A stretch of DNA of 61,830 nucleotides, filler included, from Choristocarpus tenellus KU-1152 (GCA_964200185.2; 11 parts of 11 records of this genome joined end to end with filler, not necessarily neighbours in it); one strand, 5' to 3'; numbered from the whole stretch's first letter, positions 27,175 to 40,500 are shown. Made by a program: numbers and translations. Notes: a model not told the origin generated them from the sequence alone.

Positions 27175-27283
27175 ATTACGGTATGTTTACGGTATATTTA
27201 CGGTATGGTTACAGTATGTTTACAGTATGGTTACGGTATGTTTACGGTATGGTTACAGTATGTTTACGGTATGTTTACGGTAT
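27175..27283 (+). repeat. Minisatellite, 11-bp unit (tttacggtatg / gttacagtatg), about 10 copies
   Basis: Direct reading of the tandem units. Confidence 0.9.
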
Positions 27284-27335
27284 CTTTGATCTCTGCATTC
27301 AATAGATGCTACGTAACACACAAACTCAGAATATG

Positions 27336-27366
<31 letters not shown>

Positions 27367-27941
27367 AGTTAGGGTTAGGGCTAGTGTTAGGCTTGAGACC
27401 TTCCGCTTTTCTCGCCGGGCAAAATAGCCCTCGCATTGCACATGATAGTTTTTGCATGTGACGCCCCCTCCTCAGACTTAGAATTAGTTCACTCTAATTA
27501 GTTCACTCTGCGACGAGCTTACCTTCGATACACAACGGAATGGGCGGGACATACAAGTGCTATTATCACACCCACAACCTTCTTCACAAGGTAACTAACG
27601 ACGAGCCTCTACTCAAGAGCATGCACCCACAATCCTGGATGAAAGCACCGAATAGAACCCTACTCTACAGTATTCAATCACACCTCTTCACAGAGCATGT
27701 TACAAGGCTCATCGCATTCAATTGCACCACCGTGCCAGCGCCGCCAGGTCACCTCTTCACCCACAAGAGCATTCCATGAGAGAACCAACGCTTTCATTCA
27801 ATTCAAGGTTTCAACAGCCCCCATTGTCAACTCGCAACGTTCTCAAAAAGTGTCCGAGAAAAACTTGCCGTTATTTCCTCCGATTTGAACTTCTGTCCAA
27901 TTCCACGGTCCGATTACGGGACAGTCTAACCTCAGATATCC

Positions 27942-27993
<52 letters not shown>

Positions 27994-28273
27994 GAACACT
28001 ATTGCAGTAACGCTATTTCGACCAATCGCCTAACACCATTTCCAGAGGAAAATGTAAGGGGAAGAAAAATATATCACCAACTTCTTCGCTCATCCAATCG
28101 GGCCAAGTATTCGGAGGCATAACGAAAATCGATTGCCATCAATATTTCCTCCACAACACAGGGAATATATCGTTCACTTAATCTCTGCGATACCCTCCTT
28201 AGTCAGTCTCCCTAACATCGGGGCAGGGCCAGAGAGTCAGGGATAGCGTTGGTCTCTTCAATCCTTTCCTCAC

Positions 28274-28537
28274 CAGAGCTCGAACAGGCACCCCTCTCTG
28301 ACAAAGAAGGTCCACCACCCTCTTTCCCAGCCCGCCAGTGGCCCCTGTCACCATCACCACTCCATCCCTGGCAGCCTGTCCTGAAGATGATGACCCTGCC
28401 TTTGCCCTTGCCCCCCTCCTTCTCCTGCCCCTGTTCCGAGTTACCCGGCCTGCTTCCTCTGCACTGTTCCGAAAGGCCCACCTCAGTAGGCGAGGCTTTC
28501 TTGGCCCATTGAAGAAGAAGAGAGTTTTGACAAATCG
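28274..28537 (-). CDS. Exon of an NAD(P)-binding Rossmann-fold protein of the CIA30-domain (At4g18810/HCF173-related) family
   Basis: Not in the ORF track. The exon reads caag|RFVKTLFFFNGPRKP...DGVVMVTGATGGLGKRVVDLLCQRGVPVRAL|gtgagg. It carries the GATGGxG dinucleotide-binding loop and the N-terminal 'RFVKTLxFFNG' motif I recognise from plant and cyanobacterial CIA30-NAD(P)-binding proteins. Confidence 0.82.
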
Positions 28538-29438
28538 CTTGAAAGGGAATGGCTTTTTTTTTTTTTAAGGTATTGTGTATCAATATTTTTGTGCATTTTT
28601 TTTTCAAGACATCAATGAATAGATTCGTAGGAGGGGGGGGGGGGGGGGGGGGGGTAAAACAAAAAAAAAAGCAAAGGAGAAAGAGAGGGGGGGGGGCAGA
28701 AAGAAAAAAAAAAAAANNNNNNNNNNNNNNNNNNNNNNNNNNNNNNNNNNNNNNNNNNNNTTAATTAATTAANNNNNNNNNNNNNNNNNNNNNNNNNNNN
28801 NNNNNNNNNNNNNNNNGGGCAACAAACATTAACCATATACTTTGAGTACTACAGTAGGAGTATGTTTTCAAATGCCGGTATTAATATATTACTAATACAC
28901 TACAACATGACACTCTCTGATGAAGTAGTGGTTGAATCAATACACCCCACAACTCGAAAAGCAATTGCCGAACTCCACTGCCATGCTCACAAGTACATTT
29001 CAGACACTGCATCACCCTGTATATCACTTCTCACTAACACCAGGCTCCCACCTTCCATCCTATATAATACTCCGAATGCCCTTCATACCAGAAACCCATC
29101 TCCTCCAACAATCAAATGCTGCAAGCGTGGTTTGGGCAATTTTGGAGCAGTATGTGGATTTCAAGGGTCAAAATTTATATGCAATTGATTCAACCTCACC
29201 TTACAACATCAACAACCCCCCATCACACTGCTTGTTGTACTGTCCACATCCATACCACATACCAGTTGCCAAATTTCCTCCAACTTTCCAAGATTGCTGA
29301 CGGTAACTCCCACATACATATACAGACTGCCCCAAAAAAGCAATTCAGGATAACAAACAACCCAGACTCGAAATTACATGCACTAATATCGTACCACCTA
29401 CCATCACACCTGCCAAAGCATACAGTCCCTACACTCAC

Positions 29439-32400
29439 CTCTGGAACCCTATGGCCTTTACCTCCCCTTGAAAAGGCGCCTCATAGTGGGGGGTCAGCTT
29501 TGATCGATAGCCATAAGTATCCTCTGTCCCAAACGTTTCCTTCACCTCTGGTTCAGTCAGGCCTCCAATGCGAGTCAATACATCCACCACCTGCTGCCTC
29601 TTCCATTCCCTTTGAACCCTTACATCCATCTGTACGCACACCAAAAGTCAGGAAGGCGAGGGGTGGGTGGGGGAGTTCAATGCACATGGATTGTGAGCTT
29701 TGAAGAAGGGAGAAACAACAAGCAATTGAAACACTTCCCAGCTACTGTGAAACCAAGGTGTTGTGTTTTGAGAAATTTCACCTGTGGTCGGGGTTTTACC
29801 TACAACTTTAACTCAGGGCCCAGAGTCCCAGTAGGACTGATCCATGAATTCATAAGATAGAGACATAGACAGGGTCAATGTTAAATGTTTGTGGGGCGGT
29901 ATGACTTTAAAACAAACTGACAACAGTGTGATAGGTTTAGTTCATATGTATGATGCCATCAATGCACCTCATACCCTGATACTGACTGGCTAACCCTCTA
30001 ACAGCGAGTTAGCAGAAACATCAAATTCTCATTCTCAAAATCTGCACCAACCCTTCCAACTTTTGGACTCAATTTACATCCCTGAGGTGAGGACCCAATA
30101 GTGAGAGGTAGATGGCAAGTGAGGGGACTGTATGCAGCAAGGACAGAAAAAATCCATCAAAGGCAGATTCATACCCCTCCTGGTGGTTTGAGCCCACAAG
30201 TGCAGCAAGTGAACACACCCTCTCTTTATCCCCTTTCCAACATCACAAGGCTTATACTATTATTAATAAATACATGATGGAACTTGGGAACATGGCAGAG
30301 GAGTTTGGAGGGCGAGGCTTTCAAAGACAATATACACAGGATTAGGGTATGGAGAAAAAAGACACTTTGTATCTTAAGTTGACAAGAAGTCAGCATTCCC
30401 TCTATTTTCAAGATGAGCCTTGTGGCCTGCTGATGGGCACAGAACAGGCCCAGATTCGTCTTTGGTGTGCAACAAGCTAGAGTTGTTCATGGATATAAAC
30501 AGGAAATGTTGCTTGTACTTCAAACATAGTGGTATAATGAGGAAGGACTGAGTATAGGCGAGAATTGCGAGGAGTTGAGCTGTCCTGAGCATTGTAGAAT
30601 ATTTCAACTGCGAATTTGAACGGAGAACAGGCCTAGACCATTCCACCTTGTTGAAAGCACCAGCACGATCAAGTCTACTACACCAAGATACACACACGGA
30701 GAGTGTGCTCTTGTAACGTATCGCATTCGTTAAAGGAGGGGAAAGAATGGGCAGGAAGAAATGGAGCTCTGAAGTACCCTCAAAATTTCTACTGCCAGAG
30801 ATGTCTTATCAAGGAGCTGCAAAAATCAATTATGACAAGACCTTCTACTCCTCACACAAAAGAAATCGCAACCCCTCCCCCTCCTGTAGTTGCACTAACA
30901 TGCTGGTATTGGCATCCCCCACACAGTCCAAATAGAGGGCAGCGAGGCTCCGTTCTCTCCGGAGATGGCTCGATGACCTCTGTCTGAGGAGATGCACATT
31001 GAGGATGAGGGGTCATATGTAAGTAGCTACATGGGAACTAGCAGGGACGGCAAGGGGTTGATGAGTGCTCACAAATATCTGCTTACCCATTTCTCTATTC
31101 TATATCCACATGCTTATCCAAGGCTTGGACAGGAACAGCGGGGAGGTTCTTGAATAGGATTGATCCCCATAGTATGATAGATCTAGAGCCACAACAGTGT
31201 TGCATTCGTAGGGAGGGAGCACTTGGTGTGGCGCTAGGTCACAAGGTTTTCATGTAATACCCACTCTTAGCATGTCCTTGATTATCATTGGCTGCAGCTG
31301 CACTCGGCACCAATCCCTGACCCTATGCTTGTCTCTTCATTTGCATTTGGATAACATTCAACACAGATGGAATTGCTCAACACTTCATGGACATGGAGTA
31401 TCCCCCTTGCCTCAATCTCAGTATATCAATGACTCACTACCTATTAACAGCTATACTGTTTTATGCAGGGGTGTGAAAGGGGTCAAGAGATGCATAGGAT
31501 ACTTTGTCATTGTGCATGGAGAAAGGTTCATTGCTGGAAAGACCACCAATGTGGCGAGGGGAGGCCTGTGGTGAAGGCCCCAGCCTGAATCACTCCCAGA
31601 ACGGCCCCTCAACCAAGACACCGAAAACTGTATTACAGAGTCAAAAGGTACATATGGTGGGTATGGAAGCAATTTGAGAAGTGCACACATCGCACCTACT
31701 CTACATACCCACCAGGGTAGCCTCAGAGAAGCTCTTATGGTTGCGAAAGACCTTGCACTTCACCAGCTCCCCTGGGATAACCTGTGCCACCATGATGACC
31801 CACCCAGTCTCCCCATCTCTTGCGATCCCTTCTCCTAAATTTGTTAGGCTCTCTATACGTACTGTGATCTCTTGCAGGTAGCTGTGTGATAGAGGGAGTG
31901 GGGGGATTGAGTGGTGTTCGTGAGATGGGTGGGGTGGCACAGGTTGATGCAATATCCAGGTTAAGGGGTGGGAGACTTGAGCATAAATGCAAACCGCAGC
32001 GCATACCCCCATTTGAGAGTGTGATTGACACACGTATGCTTCTTCTCCAATTGAGGCTTGATGCAAGGTCGGCACAGCAAAAAATAGAGGGGAACATGTC
32101 ATGTATAAGAGGATCTCTCCTGGGGGGACTGTTGGTTCTCATATTATGTCGAAAGATCTCATACAACATGGAAATAGGTTAACGTTTTGCACAGTGATTA
32201 CACCCAAGTTGTGCTTATACGTGGGCACACATCTTGTCACCCTTTTCCGGTGAGCTATAAAATGAGGGCGGTGCACTGTGCATGGTGTGGAGGAGTGTGT
32301 ATGGATCTGAGGTAGGCTATACTAACAAGCAGGAACTGGAATCCTATGCCAACAACTACAACGCTCAAGGGGACGTGTTAAATGGTAGACGTAGCAATCC

Positions 32401-32887
32401 CAGTTCTTGGCTTGACAGTTGAATAGGACATGACCATGTGACCGGCAATTTTGGACGAGGGAGGGGCAAAATAACGCTAAGTAGGTTTTGATATCCCCCT
32501 TTATCCCAGGAAGAAGCTCTTTAGCAGACCGAGCAGTGATCGGTCAATCATATGGAAGGTCATGTGCAAAACACGTCAATTTGAAGACAAGACTCACGTG
32601 TAGGGGGTAGGTTCAAACTTGGGTGGTGGTCGCAGCAACTTTGACCGCTGTGAGGACAACGTTGGCACAGTCTCTACCACTTCCGAAGCCATCGAATCCA
32701 ACACCATGAGCTGTTGTTGACCCTCTTTCCGCCTGTAGTTCCTAACGGACTGCAGTCCCAGACCTCTTGTGACCTGATGCAGGACCTCGTTTCCCAGCCC
32801 TCGAAAAACAAGTGCCTCGACAGATCTTGAAAGGCCAAGCATGGACACCGCAGCGACCACAAGTAATGTTTCGGCGGAACGACCCAT
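29439..32887 (-). CDS. TRAM-domain RNA (uracil-5)-methyltransferase, TrmA/RlmD (RumA) family, 5' part; likely plastid-targeted
   Basis: Four phase-consistent exons: 32887-32598 (ATG, signal-like leader), 31881-31709 (TRAM: [36 protein letters not shown]), 30979-30900 ([27 protein letters not shown], the RlmD [4Fe-4S] motif) and 29629-29439 ([32 protein letters not shown]). The catalytic C-terminal exons are not seen before the contig edge. Confidence 0.92.
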
Positions 32888-33086
32888 TAGGAACCAGGTC
32901 GACCTTCACTTCAACCTTCACTCAAAATCTCACTTCAATCGGGATTATGGATGGCCTCAAAATGCAACATCAAAATAGATCATAGCAGTGGTAGTGTATT
33001 GATGCCGCCTTCCACGTTTTCATAACAAAATACTTTCAAATCAAAATCACACCAACGAAGTGAAGGGTACAACTACGCCAAGGAGA
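32888..33086. promoter_or_regulatory. Putative bidirectional promoter / 5'UTRs
   Basis: 199 bp between the divergent ATGs of the TrmA/RlmD-like gene (32887) and the TRM10-like gene (33087). Inferred from position only. Confidence 0.55.
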
Positions 33087-35256
33087 ATGCTGCTCTGTTG
33101 GTGGAAATTCGTTGGATGGAGGCTACGCGCTGATGTGACACCAATCATAGCGGCCCTAGGACTGGGCGGGTTTCTGGCGATGTGCTGGCTTGGGAGGCCT
33201 GGCAGAAAGAAAAGGATGACCAAGGCAGAAAAGCGGGTAAGGTGTCTGTAGTGTATTTATTCGTTGGGCGTATGATGTGTGTGGGGTGGAGTTGGGGGTG
33301 GGGGGGTGGGGGGGAGGATTGGGAAGAGCTTTAGTCAGTACCCATAATCTGGTACCTGAGAGTTTCCCCTTTTGAACTCATGCTCACCGATGGACTGACT
33401 ACACATTACGGGATCGGTGGGTAAGGAAATACCATGGCACTAGGTGCCATGACTATTGACAACTGGACGTGTGCTAGAATTCGTTAGTCTTGTTCTGAAA
33501 TTAAGGTAGGCAATGAATTGTAGACATTTCTCCCTTCATGTGACTTGTCCCCCATATTGTTGAAGGCACTGCGGTTTGCGAAACGAAAGGAGAGTCAAGC
33601 AGCGAAGGCTAGGCGAGCTTTCCTCAAAAGAAAGAACAATCTATCTCGACAGTTCACTTTGCTGGGAGTGGAAGAGTTCAAGAAGATGAGGCAAAAGCAG
33701 AGGCAAATGAAAGCTGGTAAGATGAGGGTTGGAGCAGGCATGGGGCATGCGGAACATGAGTCTGGAACCTTGGAGACATTGCGGCGGAGGTCAGATCCTA
33801 TGCGCACAACACCATTGTCAGCATACTAAAATGCCTCCATCGCAATGTACATGCTAACGGACCAATATTCCCCACCCTCACCAGTTCGAACTCTCCCTAT
33901 CACCCTCCACCTACTCATATCGACCCCTCAACCGTTGCCTCTTCTCCGTTCTCTTTTCTCGAATCTCTCTTGGCAGAGCAGATGGCTAGACTGTGTGCTG
34001 CAATGCACGGCCCCGGCCGCTTGGTGCTTGCTGTGGACCTTTCATGGGCAGAAACAGCAAGAGAGAATGATGTGGCCAATCTGGGCAAGCAGCTCTGCTA
34101 TGTGTACTCCGACATGAAGTCCAGTCTGGACCCCCCTGCGCTCACCCTTGCCCCATACAGTGGGAGGACTGCCAATATTTTGAACAGGTGGCATTTTGCC
34201 GAAAATATATGCACAGATCAAATTAGTCTCTTGCTTGTATAGTATGGAGCGGACTAATGGTACCAAGGTTGCGCAGAGAACGTCAGAATTGATCGGCATT
34301 CATAGGTTTTTACTGTGTCATTGAATTCCCTCCTGAAATCCAATTACACAGATATTCCAAGAAACAGAAGGCAGACTTGCAACAATGTATATAACCAGTT
34401 CATGTTACAACTGTTGTACCACGTTAACAACGCCATAAACACATTATACTATTTTCCATAAGCTAATGGTAGGTATGGCACTGATAAGACTGGTTTGTGG
34501 AACAACAGGGTGGGTGCAAGGTCATGGATGGTACACCGGCACACCACGAGTGTATTTGAGGCACTCGGGACTGACCTGAACATAATCTACCTTAGCCCAG
34601 ATGCAGAAGAACCCCTTGCGGAGGTGAGCACAACAGAGAAGCAAAGCTACATTGAAATGCATGACTATGCAGTTCTAGGCCACTCCTCATTTCCCAGGAA
34701 TTACTGATAGATCTTTAGAGAGAAAGTAGTCACAAGTTACATTGTGGAAGCAATCTCTGAGCTTACCATGTCTATAGCTCCTGCTTCAAAGCTTGATAAA
34801 AACAGGTCACCCTGGTCATGGGACACGGTGACTGTTGTAGCCAACAACTCACTTCCCCCTGCTCGTCCCCCCATCTTATTGATCCAGTTGCTGCCCGGGG
34901 AACAGGTAGTTTATGTTGTTGGAGGTGTTGTAGACAGAACTAGGCATGCTGGATGGTCCCTGCTGGCTGCCAGGGCTGAGGATGTCCGATGTGCTCGCCT
35001 TCCATTCCAGGAACACCTTCCGTGGGTGATAGGGGCGGATAGAGTTCTTACTGTGTGTGCTGTGATAAAGGCTCTCATGATGCGATACAGTGGAATGGAG
35101 TGGCCAGAGGTGCTAGAGAAAAACCTTCCACAACGTGGTCGAAAACGCCAACTTCAGTTGAATGGAAATAGGGTGGAGGGGGATGGGGCGGCAGCGGAAG
35201 AGGTGGAGATGGAGCACAAGGTTTTGGGGGAGGGAGGGTGGAGAGAGATTGACTAG
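33087..35256 (+). CDS. TRM10: tRNA (guanine/adenine-N1 at position 9)-methyltransferase, TRM10 SPOUT family (complete, 5 exons)
   Basis: Exons 33087-33236, 33566-33716, 33977-34187, 34509-34623 and 34888-35256 are all GT-AG and phase-consistent. TRM10 motifs are present: LAVDLSW, LGKQLCYVY, IIYLSPDAEEPL, VYVVGGVVDR, ARLP and VLTVCAV. The start codon choice is inferred. Confidence 0.9.
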
Positions 35257-37504
35257 AATACATATAGTTGGAAGGATGACCACAAAACTTACAGGTGGGG
35301 GTGAACCAGAGTGATTGTAGAGTGATGATGGCATATCACCACAGAGTGTGCGAAAGGAAGAAGATTGGAACAGGATTGTGTTGCATATTGCTAATATCTA
35401 GGAGGAGATAAGCCTGTGTTGAGAGTGGTTCTGATGCTGCAATGGTCGGAGTACTGTTCTTGTCATTTCTTCTTTAAGGGTGTTACACTCTACTATGCCA
35501 TAATCTTGTTGGTGTAGCGTCCTGTGTCCTCCACAGGATGACACCTGACAATGATACAATTGCTGACTGCGTTATGACTTGCGATGTTAGGCATGCTACA
35601 CTACATCAGCGTTATGCCACCCTTCTCGAATGCAAACCATTTTTCATGGGATGCTCAGGGCTGCTGTGTAGTTCGAAGCACTCTGGAGTATATTGTACCT
35701 TAGTGCAGTAGCACAGTATTCAATACATCAATATTACCTTTGAGTTTTTGTGGCTTGGAAGGCACACTTCCAAATATTACTTCTTATTTGCAGAACATTT
35801 TTGTTTTAAGTATGGCAATACGTGAAAAACCCTGTCTAGTATGGGAGTGTACGACTGACTGTACTACATGTAGTAGTAGGGAAAAGTCATTCTGATACAT
35901 AGCCAGACTCACACTGTCAAGCTCATCTCAATGCTTTACTATACAGGAAATGTGACTCCCTCAATGGAAGTACCTGTGAAGTGTATTGGTGGATGGAACT
36001 GGGGCACTCCATCTCTACCAGGTTGTACGTGAGTTCTGTAGTCCACCCTGTCTTCATGTACCTCATCTTGTACCTTCTCAATATGTGTTATTGCTGGGTC
36101 CCAATCCTATCCTTTTCTTGGATGTGGAATACATAATAACCCCCCTCATGCTCACACATGTATAAGTGAAGTAGGATTCTACTTATACATACGCACACGC
36201 ATAATATATGTCAAAATGCACAATCAGACAGCTTTCTTGGGGGCACACTACCAATCCACTAGAAATCACTCCAAAAGAGGGATTTCGACACCTTGGCAGA
36301 TGTTCACACATTTTGTATGTGAAAATTACTCATAAATAGATGAGTCCTTTCTTATCTCTCATGTTCACAGTATATGCACTTCATTTCACATCTTAGTTCC
36401 TTTTTCACTTTTAGATTAACCTCCTAAATCATAATTCAGTATCCAAGTACAGGCCCTACATGCTCCCCCTCCCCATTTGTACTCATTGCCCATACGGGTA
36501 GGAAAAACGAGGCTTGACGTGCTGATGATGTCACCCTAAACTACCATCTGGAGTTATTGTTATTAGAATGTTGGTTTTGTCATGTAACCTCTCTGAATAG
36601 CTCTTAACAGCTGATATAGTTAGTCTCAAGATCAAGCTAACATTGGCATGGGAAAGAAGCTGCTTGATTGCAGGGAATTATATAAAAGTGGAGCTAGCGG
36701 GATTGGTTGCAGAGCTGCCAATTGGCTTGGATTGAGTTGGTGGCTGCAGAGCACACCACAAGCCAATGGCCGCCTGGCTGGTAAGGAACTATATCAATTG
36801 AAGGTGGAAAAAGTTCGGTAAAATTCTACTTCTGCTTGCTATTTCCTACAGGAGGAGGGGCATATGCTGGGGTGAGATGAAGTTCTTTGTTATTATCTTG
36901 AAGTGTTGGACAAGCTCAAATTGCATGGTGTCCTCCCTAGTGGGGTGACACTATCCCCACACATTATTACATTACAGTACATTCTGTCCTATGAAACCAT
37001 TCGAAACACTTTGCTAGCCACTTTGGTGGAGGAAGAGGACACGCTGGGGCTAGGCAAGTCCATTACTTGTGTTACAAAAACTCAAAAGGTAAACTACAAT
37101 AGTAACTTGTATGGGGATAGAGTCACCACCACCACCTGGTGGTGACTCTCTATCCCCTCCCCATTCCCTGCACTGCACCTACAGCTATACACCATGCTGA
37201 TGCACCTCCTGCAGTTGGCTTTAAATCAATCTTTGCTTATGCCATACTGCCATTTTGAGTAGCTCATACAAGAAAGTCATTCAGTGCTCAAGATAAATCT
37301 TTCAAATTTTTTGAAAAGGGAGACCAGCATAACAATTTCCATCATGTTGACATCATCAGCCCCTTGAGCTTATTGACAAGAGATATTTACTTAAGGATTT
37401 CCATCGTGTGAACATGGAGGCGATTCTGGGTCTTGATCTTTTATCTGGTTCATGCTCGAAAACCCCTGCTCATACACACAGAGGTGTACTGCAACGTGAT
37501 TGAT

Positions 37505-40500
37505 TTACACCTCTACCAGCTGGTGCAAGAGATGTAGGTACGACTTTTCATCCTGAACTGCTAAGCCAAAATGTCGCAAGTAGTGTAACAATTTTTTTGT
37601 TCACTAGTCTACTGTCCTCTTGTTGTGAAGTTTCCTTTTCTGTTGTGTGCGTCATCATGGTCCTCTAGCACCTTTCTTTTTGTAGCTCATCCTGGATGGG
37701 AAAATGTGTGCCCTGCATTCCATATGTATGACTTCTCTGTTGATATGGTATGAAGGAAATCCTGTGTACCATGAAGCATAGTGATCAGCAAGGATTCAAA
37801 AGTCCTGTAACAGTGATACTTGCGCTGAGGCCCAAACCCTGTAACATACACATACATTCCCTGTAACATACACATACATTTGTTTGTTTCTACATTTAGT
37901 GCTTAGAATATTATTAGGAAAAAAGATACAAGTAGGATATGGAGGAATGGCCACAATACGACCAACCTGAGCGTCCAAAAAATATTACCTGTTCAGCCAT
38001 AGATACATGGTCTAACATGCCCAAGTCCATGACCATTATTGTTTCAACATCGCTGGGCCACATGCCAGGTCGCAACCATGTGGTCAACATTGGACGTGCT
38101 AACTGCCCAGTCCGGTGAAACGCCCTGATTTATATGGCTGAATTAGTTGGGTTTCATCATGGTTCAGTTTGCATTGCTTGCATTGCTTGCCTTTACACAC
38201 CCGCAGCAGAGAATAAGATTCAGCCTTTAATATGGTAGTACATAACAAACCTACCAAGTACCAAACAAAACATGCAAAGCTTCTACTTTTCATGCCAGTC
38301 CCCACAAGTTGCCCAAGCCTCTGATATTTCTTCCTCAACTACTAACACGCTTCCCAGAAAAAAAAGTACCAACAAGGCAAGCAGCCCTACTTGCGCCCTC
38401 TTCTCTCTCTTTAAAACAACTGACCGCTGTCACTTCACCACATTCTCAATGGGAAGCATGCTTCTTTCGATCCATTCGGAACACATGGACCAACTGATTC
38501 TTCCACAACAAAATATATCTCTGCACAAACGATTTTACAACCCCATTGTTCCCACTCCTTCAAAAGCATTGCCTGCTTCGAATCCTGTACGATAGATGGA
38601 GTCAGGTGGGAGGGGGATGAGCACATAGAGTTAGGTTTGCTGGCCTATTATAACAAGTATTAACGAAAGGGAACTTGACTACCTTCCATTACAGTACATT
38701 CCCTAAAAAAGACATTGCGCCTACTCTAGAGTACATAGTATAATCAATACACTGCTGTAACAAGCTTTGCTGTGCCAGTGACAACCATGTGGCAGAATAT
38801 TGCAAACATTTGCATCTGAGATGAAAGTAGCATAATCTCTTCTCGACTTTACCAAGCAACCTACACTAAAACAAAGGCAGCTAAATGCAAAAAAAAGGAA
38901 ATTTCGTACCTGCAAACAGTATGGTCCTACAACAGAAAGAGGAATACTTTGAAAGCATCATATGCATCAATCATTCCATTGCGATTTACGTCAGATATTG
39001 CTTCATATATTCAGGGGTCAATAGTCATTTCAGAATCACAGCAGGGAACAAACAAATACAACATGTGTTCCTTGGATAACCCAAGAATTTTACTACACCA
39101 ATCAATGCAGTGCATGGATATGATACAAGCTAATGTATGGAAGGTCCCATTGATACCTGCTACCAAATTAGGTATTGCTTTCCATATGGCAAAAAATAGA
39201 GTGCTGGGGCGCTGTAGTGGTGGTACCATTGTTCAAGAAACTATATAAATATCCTAAAAAGAAAGGTATTCACTTGATCCGGAAACTGCATTGTAGTGAT
39301 TTGTGGTTCTGGCTACCATTTTCTACAGCTTACGGTGTTTGGAGTGGGAGGTACTGCACCAGTATCTTGACATTTTGTTTGTAGCACTACTATTGTAGTA
39401 ACCGTGATATGACTCTGCATATGAAACTGCAACCGCTTCAACATATAAAGAGTTAAGGGATTGTATCGAGATTCTCCTACTATATACATACTATTGTAAC
39501 ACAGCATTACAAGTATGGTAAAAGCAGCATCCACAAAACTCAACAGGTGCAATAGCAAGAAAGTCGAGACTACTACTGTTCTTATGAGTATGAACTGCAC
39601 TTAGAGTAAGGGGGTGCTTAAGGCTGCTGATTGCTATACCTGTGTCATCATCCACTTCACTCTTGCGGCGACGAGCCTTGCCCCCCCCTCCAGGTGCGGC
39701 CTTCTTAACCTGTGTTGTAAATATACACAAAAAACATGTTTGGCAGGTTCTTATGCAGGGGGGTTCAACAACTTTGTCAGGTTAAAGCACATAAACGAGG
39801 GGGGTGGGAAGAGAAAAGGGGGAGAGGCACCCAGAAGTTGCTCCTAAATATTTGGCTAGCTTAATGGGGACATTCTGCAAAGTGTACTTCATGAAAAAAC
39901 ACAAAATAGCATTGCTACCCCTCATGTTCGTGAACTCTCATTTATGGATGCTATCTCTCCCTTGGTAGCAATGGATATTGCAAACTATAGATATATATAT
40001 ATATGATATCTTGCCATTGCGAAAAGACCTCCGTCACTTGGGTCACTTCAAAGCATTATCAGTCCTGTACCACTCACCTCTAATAAACAGCAAATACCTA
40101 CTAATACTGAGAAAGCTCTAGAACCTCTCCCCCGAGAGTCACAAGAGCTTCTATTCCTAGACTCAACCAAATAGCACAAGGAGCAGTTGCAATGATGCCG
40201 GCAACAGTGAGTGAATTTATACTGATCAATCTATACATATACTGATTTTTGTAACCCTTCGCAACATCATTCTGTTTACATATCAAGTCATTCAGAACTT
40301 ATCCAGGACTCACAATGAACTCTCATCGAGTGTGTTTGTCAAATCCCTCAAAAACACCATCTCTGTCAAATCACACATCAATTCTTGTCAACCTCATTGC
40401 AGCAAAAAAAAAATGCAAATGTTTTCATGAATTACAGAACCACTTTTTGCCTCTGGCAGGATCAGCCCTCAGGCACCCTGAAGCAGAACTGCTCGACACC

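Noticed and set aside
28212-28607. ORF-track peptides over 28.2-28.6 kb
   Set aside because: Wrong frame or strand. The real exon (GATGGLG motif) is in another minus-strand frame.
29116-29703. 195-aa plus-strand ORF
   Set aside because: Antisense to an exon and intron of the RlmD-like gene; no protein-like features.
38425-38440. In-frame TGA before a 'gtcagt' donor (selenocysteine?)
   Set aside because: Using the tg|gtgaag donor removes the stop and matches the phase of the next exon; the alternative phase hits a stop.
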